Part shown: positions 1 through 9,750 of the stretch, in pieces
Layout: each line of letters begins with the position of its first letter
How positions within the stretch are numbered: the stretch's first letter is position 1
Assembly: GCA_046482545.1 (NCBI GenBank)
Contig: JAWOEX010000022.1
Span: 1-64,000, forward strand
Length of the DNA stretch: 64,000 nt
Direction of reading: 5' to 3'
From: Candidatus Thorarchaeota archaeon
Lineage (GTDB): Archaea; Asgardarchaeota; Thorarchaeia; Thorarchaeales; Thorarchaeaceae
Translations under genes and position numbers: made by a program
The notes under the pieces: generated by a model
Seen by the model: only the letters and a program-made list of their open reading frames with translations
Databases searched by the model: none
Told to the model about the DNA's origin: nothing

Positions 1-67
1 GGGGAAGGGTGGAACACAGAAGTTTCCTCAGTTGGGTTCACTCACTCAACTGTAAGAAATGGGTTAT
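1..67 (+). mobile_element. 3' end of dispersed structured element (copy A), truncated by window start
   Basis: GGGGAAGGGTGGAACACAGAAGTTTC...CTCAACTGTAAGAAATGGGTTAT is nearly identical to the 3' end of copy E (reverse complement of 59094-59152). Confidence 0.9.
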
Positions 68-353
68 CAGGACAAAGAAGCTACTGAAGCGAGAGATAAT
101 CACACGTTTTAGTGCTCTTCTTCGCCAGCTTGGGGTGACCTCAATCTTGGTTTGTGATACTACCTCTCCAAATGCACTTAGCCGTACCGGAGTTGAAGAA
201 TTCGTTACCCAAGGCCTAATCTTACTCGGTCTTGATATGGTGAATGATAAGATAAATCGGAATCTGCTAATTTGGAAGATGCGAAGTACTGCACACAGCA
301 TGAAAAAGCATACATTTGTTATTTCCGAGAATGGAATAAAGTTTTCAAAATAG
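68..353 (+). pseudogene. C-terminal part of RAD55/KaiC-like RecA-family ATPase, directly abutting element copy A
   Basis: LRQLGVTSILVCD...GVEEFVTQGLILL...RNLLIWKMRSTAH...FVISENGI is the typical RAD55/KaiC C-terminus; no Walker A/B region downstream of the element. Confidence 0.7.
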
Positions 354-361
354 ACTCATAA

Positions 362-871
362 CTAGCTTATCACTAACAATGGAATAATCTGGATGCTAAT
401 GTATCCGACCAGCAGGAAGGGCAACAGGGGGGGCACGGTTTCGCTCTCTGAATCTTGTTTTCGATTCAAAATATACCAAATCTGGCCAAGGATGAGCATC
501 ACTAGTATTTGTAACGAGATTGAAATTACACACTCGAATATTGGATTCAAAACATCGTGAAATTCGATTCTTGGGCTTATGATAGAGATGATTACAAGAG
601 CTTTCAAATCTGCACCACCAATTGCTCCCACATTGAAAAGAACAGTTGCAAGCACAAGAGTAAATGGTACTGCAACAAGATGTTGCCACTGAAACTCAAA
701 GAAATGTCCGGATAGTAGTGTAAGAAGCCCCCCTAAGATTATACTTGCTACCATTATTGTGTTCTCTATTTCTCGTTTCTTGAAATCATAGTAGCCGATA
801 AGTGAAAGAAATCCGACTGTAGCGAAAAAGGCTAAGATTTCCGGAAGCGCATATGCCAAAGCAAGCACCAT
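362..871 (-). CDS. A24 family (prepilin/prearchaellin) peptidase
   Basis: Polytopic membrane protein with YDFKKREI (first Asp) and GGAD motif; C-terminal PLLPFL. Confidence 0.8.
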   Translation of the reverse strand: MVLALAYALPEILAFFATVGFLSLIGYYDFKKREIENTIMVASIILGGLLTLLSGHFFEFQWQHLVAVPFTLVLATVLFNVGAIGGADLKALVIISIISPRIEFHDVLNPIFECVISISLQILVMLILGQIWYILNRKQDSESETVPPLLPFLLVGYISIQIIPLLVIS

Positions 872-1151
872 CCCATTTCATTTTATACCAAGGGCAGTTG
901 CCGTTACTGGTTGCATGATTGTCTTGACTAAGTGTTTAACGGCGGAGTATAATAACTGCTACATCTGTAGATGCGTCCAAAGTATCGGATTTTCCCTCAG
1001 TGGACGCCAACTCCTTTTCAATACCCTGTTGTTACTGAGAAACAGCCTCAATAGTCGTGATTTTAGTATTGAATGAAGCAGTCATATTTGTTACAAACAT
1101 AACAAAGATTAGCCCCTACCATCTTCCTTTTGCATAGTAGGGTGTAACCCT

Positions 1152-2066
1152 ATGTCAAACAAAAAAGAAGCTGATAGAATGAAGGATCCGCAGCAGGTAA
1201 TTACAGACGCTACAATTCGTTTACTCACGAAAGCTGCAACAGAGCTGCCTGATGAAGTTGAGACGGCTCTTCGTGCTGCTTATGAGCGTGAGACTAACGA
1301 TAATGCGAAGACACAGTTGTCTGCTATCCTCAAGAATCTGGAAATTGCATCCACTGGCGTACCCATGTGCCAAGATACAGGCATAATGATTTTCTATCTG
1401 AAGGCTGGATACAATTTTCCTTACTTGAGTGAAGTAGAGGATGCATTAGCCAAAGCGACGAGGAAGGCAACCAAGAACGTTCCACTCAGACCGAATGCCG
1501 TGAATCCAATCGTTGGAGGCAATTCGGGAGACAACACCGGTGAGAAAATCCCATGGCTTAACTGGGAACTAGTACCCGGTGATTCTTTGGAGATTACTGC
1601 ATTTCCCAAAGGCGGGGGTAGTGAGAACGTGAGTATAGTCGGGATGTTGAAACCCGGTGTTGGTCTGGCCGGTGTAAAGAAGCTGGTCGTGGACAATGCC
1701 ATGAGTTACATGGGTAAGGCGTGTTCTCCAAACATCATTGGTGTCGGAATCGGCGGTGGAGCAGATATCAGTCTGAAGATTGCAAAGAAGTCACTATTAC
1801 GGCCACTCAATGAAAGGCACCCAGAGCCTGAAGTAGCTAAAATCGAAGAAGAGCTCATCGAGGCTTTGAATGCTACAGGCATAGGTCCAATGGGACTCGG
1901 TGGGAAGACTACTGTTCTTGATGTTAAGGTTGACTATGCTATGCGCCATCCTGCGAGTCTTCCTGTAGGAGTTGCTGTACAATGCTGGGCTGCAAGACGG
2001 AGCACAGCAACCATTTCGAAGGATCTCGAAGTAGAGTATATCACGCATCCATTGGAGGGAAAGTAA
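1152..2066 (+). CDS. fumA: Class I fumarate hydratase / tartrate dehydratase alpha subunit
   Basis: PMCQDTG, PKGGGSEN, GIGPMGLGG, HPASLPV...QCWA motifs. Confidence 0.9.
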   Translation: MSNKKEADRMKDPQQVITDATIRLLTKAATELPDEVETALRAAYERETNDNAKTQLSAILKNLEIASTGVPMCQDTGIMIFYLKAGYNFPYLSEVEDALAKATRKATKNVPLRPNAVNPIVGGNSGDNTGEKIPWLNWELVPGDSLEITAFPKGGGSENVSIVGMLKPGVGLAGVKKLVVDNAMSYMGKACSPNIIGVGIGGGADISLKIAKKSLLRPLNERHPEPEVAKIEEELIEALNATGIGPMGLGGKTTVLDVKVDYAMRHPASLPVGVAVQCWAARRSTATISKDLEVEYITHPLEGK

Positions 2067-2675
2067 ATGGCAGAATATCATCTAACGACACCCATTTCAG
2101 AAGAAGAAGCTCGTAAACTCAAGGTGGGCGATGTTATCTACGTAAGCGGCAAACATGTCTACACTGCACGAGATGAGGCCCATGAGCGTGCGCTCGATAT
2201 GTATGAAAAGGGAGAGAAAACCCCTGTTGATTTCGAAGGCAGCGTTGTCTACCACGTCGGTCCAGTTGCGCAACAGAAGGACGGAGAATGGAATATAGTC
2301 TCCGCTGGCCCAACAACAAGCATACGTATGGAGATTTTCGAAGATGAATTCCTGCGGAATTACAAGGCTCGCGTCATCATTGGAAAAGGCGGTATGGCTG
2401 ATAGAACACTAGCAGCGCTCAAGGAAGTTGGAGCGGTCTATTGTAGTTTCACTGGGGGTTGTGGCGCTCTTGCTGCTCGAGGCCTAAAGAAAGTCCGAGC
2501 GTATGAATGGTCAGACCTTGGAATGCCAGAAGCGTTGTGGGTGATTACAGCAGAACAGTTCGGGCCGCTGATGGTAACTATGGACTCCCATGGTAACAGT
2601 CTGCATGATGATGCAGAGGATCGAGTGAGCAACAGAAAGGCAGAAGTCTACTCGAAAATTGGTATAGAAGAATAG
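2067..2675 (+). CDS. fumB: Class I fumarate hydratase / tartrate dehydratase beta subunit
   Basis: TARDEAH, GPTTSIRM, IGKGGM, DLGMPEA, MDSHGNSL motifs; coupled to alpha subunit. Confidence 0.9.
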   Translation: MAEYHLTTPISEEEARKLKVGDVIYVSGKHVYTARDEAHERALDMYEKGEKTPVDFEGSVVYHVGPVAQQKDGEWNIVSAGPTTSIRMEIFEDEFLRNYKARVIIGKGGMADRTLAALKEVGAVYCSFTGGCGALAARGLKKVRAYEWSDLGMPEALWVITAEQFGPLMVTMDSHGNSLHDDAEDRVSNRKAEVYSKIGIEE

Positions 2676-2704
2676 GTAACTGATTAGCATTGTATAATAG
2701 ATCT

Positions 2705-2745
2705 GTAGCAGGGGGTCGTTCCCTGCTACTCCAGTTTGTTTGTTC
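2705..2745 (+). terminator. Stem-loop followed by T-rich tract after fumB
   Basis: GTAGCAGGG-ggtcgtt-CCCTGCTAC then tttgtttgttc. Confidence 0.55.
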
Positions 2746-3146
2746 TCTCAGTCTGCAAGCGCCCGTAGAATCGGCACTGATACGCCGTATAAGCAAACCA
2801 ATACCAGTATAAGCACTGCAAAGACTAGAGCCAAATCTTCTCTTTCGATGAGATTAAACCCCCAGTATGGGAATATTATACGATTTTGCCTAATTTAACC
2901 TTTGTTTGACGTATACACGCATTTTGATTTTCGCGCCAAAACAAATCAGCAACCGAAAACCAATATTTTTCCCTTTAGAATTGAATTAACTATAGCTTTT
3001 TTACTGCCGATTCGGCAGAGTTATTTAGTGGACGGGTGTCCCCCGTAAACTACGAAGGCATTTCCCGTTGTTGCTCCGTCTAAAAAGAACCTTTCCAACT
3101 AGCAGAGTATTTTCAAGAGGCCACCTTACTGATTAAGGAGAGATAA

Positions 3147-5135
3147 GTGAGTTTGACTGACAAAGACAACAAATCCGATGATAGAATTGGTGTATTCGTG
3201 TGCCATTGTGGCAGAAACATAGCTGAAACAGTGGATGTTGAAAAAGTAGCTGCAAAAATCGGTAACAATCCTTCTGTTGTACATACTGAGCATTATGATT
3301 ACATGTGCAGCCAACCGGGCCAAGATCTCATCCAAGAAGCCATTAGTGAACATGAACTCACATCGGTGGTTGTTGCAGCTTGTTCCCCATCTCTCCACGA
3401 ACACACTTTTCGGGATGTCGTAGAACGAGCTGGGATGAACCGCTACAAATGTGAAATAGCGAATATCCGTGAGCAATGTAGCTGGGTTCACACGGACAAG
3501 GGAAAGGCTACGGAAAAAGCAGTACGCATTGCCAGAACCATGGTTGAGAAGGTTGCTGCCAACGAGGAACTGGATTCTATTCAAGTGGACCTTCATCGAC
3601 GAGCCCTTGTTATTGGTGCGGGAATTGCAGGCATCCAAGCAGCTCTTGATATTGCTGATGCTGGTCATGAAGTAATCCTCGTAGAGAAAGAAGCTACAAT
3701 TGGGGGACATATGGCCAAACTGGCAGAGACATTCCCTACATTGGATTGCGCATCATGTATACTAACCCCACGGATGTCAGAAGTAGCTAATCATCCGAAT
3801 ATCATTCTGCTTACCTCCTCAGAAGTTATCGATGTTGAAGGCTACGTCGGCAATTTCAACGTCAAAATTCGAAAAAATCCAACGTATGTGGACCCAGATG
3901 CATGTAATCTCTGTGCTGATTGCGAAGACATATGCCCAGAGTTCACGCTATCCGATTTCGACGAAGGCCTTACATTCCGAAGACCAATCTACATTCCATT
4001 CCCACAGGCAATTCCTTCTACCTATACAATTGACATTGATGCCTGTCTGAATCCTCGGGGAATGAAGCACATAGTCTGTTCTAAGTGTGAAGAAGTATGT
4101 GAGGCAGATGCCATTGATTATGACCAGAAGCCCGAGATTATTGAAATAGACGTAGGAGTAATGATACTAGCAACCGGCTATGAACTATATTTACCTGAGA
4201 ATATTGGGGAATATGGTGCAGGCGCTTATCCGGATGTTATTACATCGCTACAATTTGAGCGTCTACTGTCACCAAATGGTCCGACAAGTGGTATCCCACG
4301 ACGCCCAAGTGATGGCAAGATACCTCAAAGAATTGCGTTTATCCATTGTGCTGGTTCAAGAGATGAGAATCACAATGAGTACTGCTCAGCTATCTGTTGT
4401 ATGTATTCTAGCAAACATGCTCTACTTTTCCATGAGCATTATCCGAATGCTGAAGTATACAATTTCTACATTGACCTTAGAGCTTCGGGCAAGAACTATG
4501 AGCAGTTTATTAATCGAGCTCGCGAAGAAGCGGGGGTAAATTATGTCCGAGGAAAAGTCTCTAGGGTTTTCGAACAGGATGGAAAAGTCACTGTTTTTGG
4601 GGTTGATACGCTGAAGGGAGAGCGGTTAGAAGAACAATTTGACATGGTTGTTCTGGCACTGAGCATGGTAGCTCCAAAGGGTGTAAGAGACTTAGCTACT
4701 AAGTTAGGGGCTCAATATGATGAATATGGGTGGATGAAAGAGGAACACCCGAAACTGAGACCCGTTGAGTCTCCCACTTCTGGTATTTTTGTTGCTGGAC
4801 TCGCACATGGTCCAAAAGATATTCAGACCACAGTAGCTCAAGCTAGTGGAGCCGCCAGCAAAGCATTGGATTTGTTATCGCATAATCAGATATCACATCC
4901 TCCTATGGTCTCACGGGTTGATCGGGATCTATGTTCTGGTTGTCGACTCTGTGTGAGTGTGTGTCCCTATGGTGCGATTTCAATGGATAACGGCAAAGCC
5001 AAGGTAGAAGAAGTGTTGTGCGAAGGGTGTGGGTCTTGTGCATCAACCTGCCCGGCTGGAGCTATTGATTTAATCAATATGACAGATAGACAAGCCATGG
5101 ATATGATACACGCAATTACCGGGGGGATTCGGTAA
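3147..5135 (+). CDS. hdrA: Heterodisulfide reductase subunit A (electron-bifurcating flavoprotein)
   Basis: GVFVCHCG, AACSP, ANIREQCSW, GAGIAG, TFPTLDCASC, CAGSRD..YCSAICC, C-terminal 2x[4Fe-4S]. Confidence 0.95.
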   Translation: MSLTDKDNKSDDRIGVFVCHCGRNIAETVDVEKVAAKIGNNPSVVHTEHYDYMCSQPGQDLIQEAISEHELTSVVVAACSPSLHEHTFRDVVERAGMNRYKCEIANIREQCSWVHTDKGKATEKAVRIARTMVEKVAANEELDSIQVDLHRRALVIGAGIAGIQAALDIADAGHEVILVEKEATIGGHMAKLAETFPTLDCASCILTPRMSEVANHPNIILLTSSEVIDVEGYVGNFNVKIRKNPTYVDPDACNLCADCEDICPEFTLSDFDEGLTFRRPIYIPFPQAIPSTYTIDIDACLNPRGMKHIVCSKCEEVCEADAIDYDQKPEIIEIDVGVMILATGYELYLPENIGEYGAGAYPDVITSLQFERLLSPNGPTSGIPRRPSDGKIPQRIAFIHCAGSRDENHNEYCSAICCMYSSKHALLFHEHYPNAEVYNFYIDLRASGKNYEQFINRAREEAGVNYVRGKVSRVFEQDGKVTVFGVDTLKGERLEEQFDMVVLALSMVAPKGVRDLATKLGAQYDEYGWMKEEHPKLRPVESPTSGIFVAGLAHGPKDIQTTVAQASGAASKALDLLSHNQISHPPMVSRVDRDLCSGCRLCVSVCPYGAISMDNGKAKVEEVLCEGCGSCASTCPAGAIDLINMTDRQAMDMIHAITGGIR

Positions 5136-5557
5136 TGCCTTTCGAGCCGAAAATAACGGCTTTCTTGTGCAAATGGTGTGGGTACGCCGGTGCAGATATG
5201 GCTGGAACCAGTCGAATCAAATATCCCCCAACTGTAACCCCAGTACGTTTTCCGTGTACTGGAAGAGTTGACTTGTCTCATATTCTCGAGGCTCTTAGAG
5301 AGTCTGATGGTGTTCTCATTGCGGGTTGTCATACCCCCAATGACTGTCACTATATCCAGGGCAACTATCAAGCATTCAAACGGATTACGGTTCTCAAAAT
5401 TTTGCTGAAACAGATGGGAGTGAATCCAAAGCGGGTTCGTCTCGAGTGGATTAGCGCCAGTGAAGGCCGAAAATTCGCTGAAACAATTCAAGCGTTCACT
5501 GATGAATTACGGGGTCTTGGACCTTTTCTCATGGAACAAAATGAGGTAGTGCAATGA
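5135..5557 (+). CDS. mvhD: Methyl-viologen-reducing hydrogenase delta subunit
   Basis: FLCKWCGYAGAD, PCTGRV, GCH..DCHY, EWISASEG. Confidence 0.95.
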   Translation: MPFEPKITAFLCKWCGYAGADMAGTSRIKYPPTVTPVRFPCTGRVDLSHILEALRESDGVLIAGCHTPNDCHYIQGNYQAFKRITVLKILLKQMGVNPKRVRLEWISASEGRKFAETIQAFTDELRGLGPFLMEQNEVVQ

Positions 5558-6534
5558 AGAAGGCAAGACTGGCTGTAGGATATGGTTCAATCTGTGGTGG
5601 CTGTGATGTTGCTTTCACAGATGTAGGTACAAAGCTCGCTGACTTGGCTGAGGTTGCGGAGATAATATATTGGCCTGCAGTCGTAGACGGAAAAATTGAA
5701 CAGCTAGAGGAAGTCAGCAATATTGATATTGGTGTGTATTTTGGTGCAGTCAGAACTGACGAGCACGAGACAGTTCTAAAACTTCTGGAGAAAAAATCTG
5801 ATGTCCTTGTTGCCTTCGGTACGTGTTCATGTTACGGCGGCATTCCCGGTTTAGGAAATGTAGAAACACGAGAATCGCTTCTTGCGACTGCATATTCTAA
5901 TGCACCTAACACGAGAACTGAAGGTGTCCCTAGCTTGGACGAAATCACAATCGAAAAAATGAAGATGCCCAAGCTACGTGAATATACTTCTTCACCCGCA
6001 GACCTCGTTGAATTCGACATATTCGTTCCCGGGTGCCCACCACCTGTTCAATCTGTGATTGACTTGATTGACTTTGTGGCAGATTATGTGGAAAATGGTA
6101 ATGTTCCAGATGCTCTTTTCGTTGCAGAGGAGGGAACCGTCTGCGAATACTGTGAACGAGAAAAACCCGACAAGATTTCAATAGACAAAGTGATGAGAGT
6201 CCACGAAAGTGATTTGGATGAGAATGAGTGCTTTTTGAGCCAAGGTGTTCTCTGTTTCGGTCCAGTTACCCGAGCCGGATGTGGGGAATCTCCTAGGTGC
6301 ACCTCTAGAAACATGCCCTGTCGTGGATGTTTTGGTCCCACTCCAAAAATACGAGATCAAGGCACAAAATTCCTTTCCAGTATAGCATCATCTATTATGT
6401 TGGGTAAAGAAAAGCAGGTAAGCGAGGAAGAGCTGATACGACTTCTAACAGAAGGGATTATCGATCCGGTTGGACTTTTCTATAGATTTGCGCTTCCAGT
6501 AGCAATAATCAACCGAAAACATCAGGAGAAATGA
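5554..6534 (+). CDS. mvhG: Group 3c [NiFe]-hydrogenase small subunit
   Basis: CGGC, AFGTCSCYGGIPG, PGCPP, CFLSQG..CFGPVTRAGC, PCRGCFGP. Confidence 0.93.
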   Translation: MKKARLAVGYGSICGGCDVAFTDVGTKLADLAEVAEIIYWPAVVDGKIEQLEEVSNIDIGVYFGAVRTDEHETVLKLLEKKSDVLVAFGTCSCYGGIPGLGNVETRESLLATAYSNAPNTRTEGVPSLDEITIEKMKMPKLREYTSSPADLVEFDIFVPGCPPPVQSVIDLIDFVADYVENGNVPDALFVAEEGTVCEYCEREKPDKISIDKVMRVHESDLDENECFLSQGVLCFGPVTRAGCGESPRCTSRNMPCRGCFGPTPKIRDQGTKFLSSIASSIMLGKEKQVSEEELIRLLTEGIIDPVGLFYRFALPVAIINRKHQEK

Positions 6535-8027
6535 TAGACATGACGGAACTTGATATTGGATCTGATACGGGAATCATTAGGATTCAGCCTTGTACTCGTC
6601 TCGAGGGAGAAGGAAAAATCAACATCATTCTAGACGATGATGGAAATGTGAAGGATGCCTATTTCCAAGTACTTGACTACAGAGGATTTGAAGGCTTTCT
6701 GAAGGGAAGACAAGCCGAAGAAATCCCGAGGATTGCATCACGAGTCTGCGGTGTCTGTTCTTGGGCTCACCATATGGCTTCAGCAAAGGCTATGGATCAA
6801 ATCTTTGGGCTTGAGCCAACACCTGCCAGCAAGAAGCTTCGGGAGTTGTCCTATAACGCTCATAATCTCCATTCACATCTCCTTCACTTCTTCGTATTGG
6901 CCTCACCTGACTATTTCCTGTCGGAGGATAGCGAACCCTCAACTCGGAACATAATTGGATTACTTCAGAAATACCCTGATATAGCAAAAGACGCCCTCCG
7001 ATATCATGCCGACGCAGAAAAGATTCAGGAAATCATAGCTGGAAAGGCTGTTCATCCCGTTATTGCCTTACCCGGGGGAGTATCCCGACTTATCAACGAA
7101 GAAGAGAGAGATACTATTGAAGAGATGTCCAAGGAAATTCTCGACTTCACACTTGATTTTCACGATTTCTTCAAAGAGAACATAATCGAGAATGACAAGT
7201 ATCATGATTTATTCTTTGGCGATTTATATCGGCTGGAAACCTACTATATGGGTCTCGTCGATGAGAATGACCAGATGAATTTCTATGACGGCGACTTGAA
7301 GGTTGTAAGTCCCAACGGAGATGACAGCTTTGCGTTTTCGCCAGATGATTATCTTGATCACATAGAAGAAATTAGTCAACCATGGAGCTATTCGAAATTC
7401 CCATATCTGAAAAATATAGGTTGGAAGGGACTTGTTGATGGAGAAGAAAGTGGTATGTACAGAGTAAATGCGTTACCACGACTCAACGTCACAGATGGGA
7501 TGCCAACCCCTCTTGCTCAGGAGGCTTACGAGGTGTTTACTGAGAAACTAGGTAAACCAGCTCATGCCACTTTGGGTTACAACTGGGCGCGGTTGATTGA
7601 ATCAGTATACAACATTGAGCGTATGCTTGAGCTACTTGATGACCCTGATATTATTCATGGAAATCCCCGGAATAAGGATGGGAATTTTATCGGCGAGGGT
7701 GTTGGATGTGTTGAAGCTCCAAGGGGTACATTGATTCATCACTACAAAGCAGATGAAAAGGCACGAATCACATCTGCAAATCTCATTGTGCCGACAACGA
7801 TGAATAATGCAGCGATATCATTGGACGTAAAAAAGGCGGCCAAGGCTTTGGTACATGGCCGAGAGGTTTCCGAGGGGATTCTGAACCGAGTTGAGATGGC
7901 ATATCGAGCCTACGACCCCTGTCTTTCGTGTTCAACTCACTCGTTGCCTGGCAAGTGTCCATTGGAGTTAGTATTTCGTGATACCAATGGAAATGTGATA
8001 AAACGACTGAGGAGGGGAACAAATTAG
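6531..8027 (+). CDS. mvhA: Group 3c [NiFe]-hydrogenase large subunit
   Basis: TRLEGEG, RGFE, L1 RVCGVC, EAPRG, L2 DPCLSCSTH plus cleavable C-terminal extension. Confidence 0.95.
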   Translation: MIDMTELDIGSDTGIIRIQPCTRLEGEGKINIILDDDGNVKDAYFQVLDYRGFEGFLKGRQAEEIPRIASRVCGVCSWAHHMASAKAMDQIFGLEPTPASKKLRELSYNAHNLHSHLLHFFVLASPDYFLSEDSEPSTRNIIGLLQKYPDIAKDALRYHADAEKIQEIIAGKAVHPVIALPGGVSRLINEEERDTIEEMSKEILDFTLDFHDFFKENIIENDKYHDLFFGDLYRLETYYMGLVDENDQMNFYDGDLKVVSPNGDDSFAFSPDDYLDHIEEISQPWSYSKFPYLKNIGWKGLVDGEESGMYRVNALPRLNVTDGMPTPLAQEAYEVFTEKLGKPAHATLGYNWARLIESVYNIERMLELLDDPDIIHGNPRNKDGNFIGEGVGCVEAPRGTLIHHYKADEKARITSANLIVPTTMNNAAISLDVKKAAKALVHGREVSEGILNRVEMAYRAYDPCLSCSTHSLPGKCPLELVFRDTNGNVIKRLRRGTN

Positions 8028-8521
8028 CAGTTACAACGACTAAGCCTATTCAACAGAAGAAGGTCATAGTCTATGGTTGGGGTAACCCGATATTCGGTGA
8101 CGACGCCGCAGGCATTCAAGCAGCCAAACAGCTCAAGAACTGTAGTATACCCAGTACAGTTGAAGTGTCTTGGTCATCTTCATCACCTTTCTCAGTTGCC
8201 GAAGGATTTCTAGATTATGAGCAAGCTATTCTGATAGATGCTTTTGTAGACACGGATAGAAAAGATGGAGAAATAATTCGCTTTAACGGGCTTGGCAATC
8301 AGACACCTGTGAGAATGCTTACCCCCCATACAGCGAGTATTATCGAGGTTTTGAAGGTCTACCAAGAACTCTACCCTCTGAGATTTCCTAGTCGTGTAGT
8401 TGTTTACGGTCTGTGTATCAGTAATCCAGAAATCAGCAGTGAACTTACCTATGGAATCGAAACGGGAATTACGAACATAATCAGATTGATACAACACGAA
8501 CTAGCAGGTGAATCAGCTTGA
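8024..8521 (+). CDS. Hydrogenase maturation endopeptidase (HyaD/HycI family); true start lies upstream of the ORF-track call 8165 and is non-canonical
   Basis: Same frame upstream of 8165 reads KVIVYGWGNPIFGDDAAG (catalytic motif), later ILIDA and TPH; follows mvhA. Confidence 0.85.
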   Translation, partial: LAVTTTKPIQQKKVIVYGWGNPIFGDDAAGIQAAKQLKNCSIPSTVEVSWSSSSPFSVAEGFLDYEQAILIDAFVDTDRKDGEIIRFNGLGNQTPVRMLTPHTASIIEVLKVYQELYPLRFPSRVVVYGLCISNPEISSELTYGIETGITNIIRLIQHELAGESA

Positions 8522-8889
8522 ATGAATTGGAAGAAAGGATAAGCGAAATCTCTGGCGTGAATGTAGACGCTTGTTATCAATGTGGTAAGTGTTCTGCAGG
8601 TTGCCTCTTTACGGCTCATATGGACCTATTGCCGCATCAAGTGCTCATGTACATTCAACGGGGTGACGAAAGTGTACTTGACAAGGAGACCCCGTGGATT
8701 TGTGCGAGTTGCTTTACTTGCTCAGTACGGTGTCCGCGCGGAGTCAACGTCGCAGCCGTGATGGAGTCACTTCGAGAGATAAGAATCAGAGAGAGAGGTT
8801 ATGAAACCATCGATTTGCGGAAAGTTGAAAATCTCAAAGATTTGCCTCAGATTGCATTGACCGCCGCAGCACAGAAATTGACGTGGTAG
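8518..8889 (+). CDS. hdrC: Heterodisulfide reductase subunit C (short)
   Basis: CYQCGKCSAGC and WICASCFTCSVRCP. Confidence 0.9.
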   Translation: MNELEERISEISGVNVDACYQCGKCSAGCLFTAHMDLLPHQVLMYIQRGDESVLDKETPWICASCFTCSVRCPRGVNVAAVMESLREIRIRERGYETIDLRKVENLKDLPQIALTAAAQKLTW

Positions 8890-9746
8890 TCGTGATACAT
8901 GTAATATATTATCCCGGATGCAGTCTGCGTAACTCTTATCCAGAGTTCGAGAAGAGCGCACTAGAAGTGTGCAAGAAGCTGGATATTCAACTAGAAGAGA
9001 TACCAGAATGGAATTGCTGTGGTGTTAATTTCAGTCTCTCCGATAATATTATGCGTCATCTTGGTGCAGTTCGTACCTTGATAAACGCTCAAGAAGAGCT
9101 TGGTTCCACAGCCGGTAACGAGATTACTACACTATGCTCTATGTGTTACAACGTTCTGAAAAGAACCAATGTTGCATTGAAAACAGAACAAGATACCTTA
9201 GAAAATGTGAATGATTACATAGATGACGCACCAAACTACCAGGGGCGTCTTCAAGTTTCTCATTTCTTGCAGTTGCTTAGAGATAGAATAGGTTTTGATT
9301 CTATCTTCGACAAAATCACAAAACCTCTTTCAGGTTTGAAAATCGCACCCTATTATGGATGTGCTTTATTGAGACCTGAAAATATCGCTGTGGATACACA
9401 AAAGAGCCCAACGATTATGGAAGAATTCATTCGTGCATTAGGGGCTACATCAATCAATTATCCCTACAAGACTGAATGTTGTGGCAACTATCATGCTGCT
9501 TTCAGAAAAGAGATTGTAGAAATCCGAAGCAAAGGGATAGTGGAATCCGCAGTCTCAGCAGGAGCTGACTTGATTATTTCTCCGTGTCCATTGTGTACGT
9601 ACAATCTTGGACTTGGCGTGGAGAACTTGGGCAAAGATGTACCCGTCCTATTCTTCACACAGGTTCTAGCTATGGCTTTAGAAGTTAATCCGTACTTATC
9701 ACCCGAAAGGGAAGAATTGGTTTTGAAGAATCTACAAGGGAGTTGA
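8883..9746 (+). CDS. hdrB: Heterodisulfide reductase subunit B
   Basis: YYPGC, WNCCG, CSMC, PYYGC, ECCG, CPLC (two CCG domains). Confidence 0.93.
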   Translation: MVVVIHVIYYPGCSLRNSYPEFEKSALEVCKKLDIQLEEIPEWNCCGVNFSLSDNIMRHLGAVRTLINAQEELGSTAGNEITTLCSMCYNVLKRTNVALKTEQDTLENVNDYIDDAPNYQGRLQVSHFLQLLRDRIGFDSIFDKITKPLSGLKIAPYYGCALLRPENIAVDTQKSPTIMEEFIRALGATSINYPYKTECCGNYHAAFRKEIVEIRSKGIVESAVSAGADLIISPCPLCTYNLGLGVENLGKDVPVLFFTQVLAMALEVNPYLSPEREELVLKNLQGS

Positions 9747-9750
9747 TTAT

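Noticed and set aside
3147-8027. Selenocysteine recoding in hdrA, mvhD or mvhA
   Set aside because: The ORFs are uninterrupted and the relevant motifs use Cys (TLDCASC, CKWC, DPCLSC).
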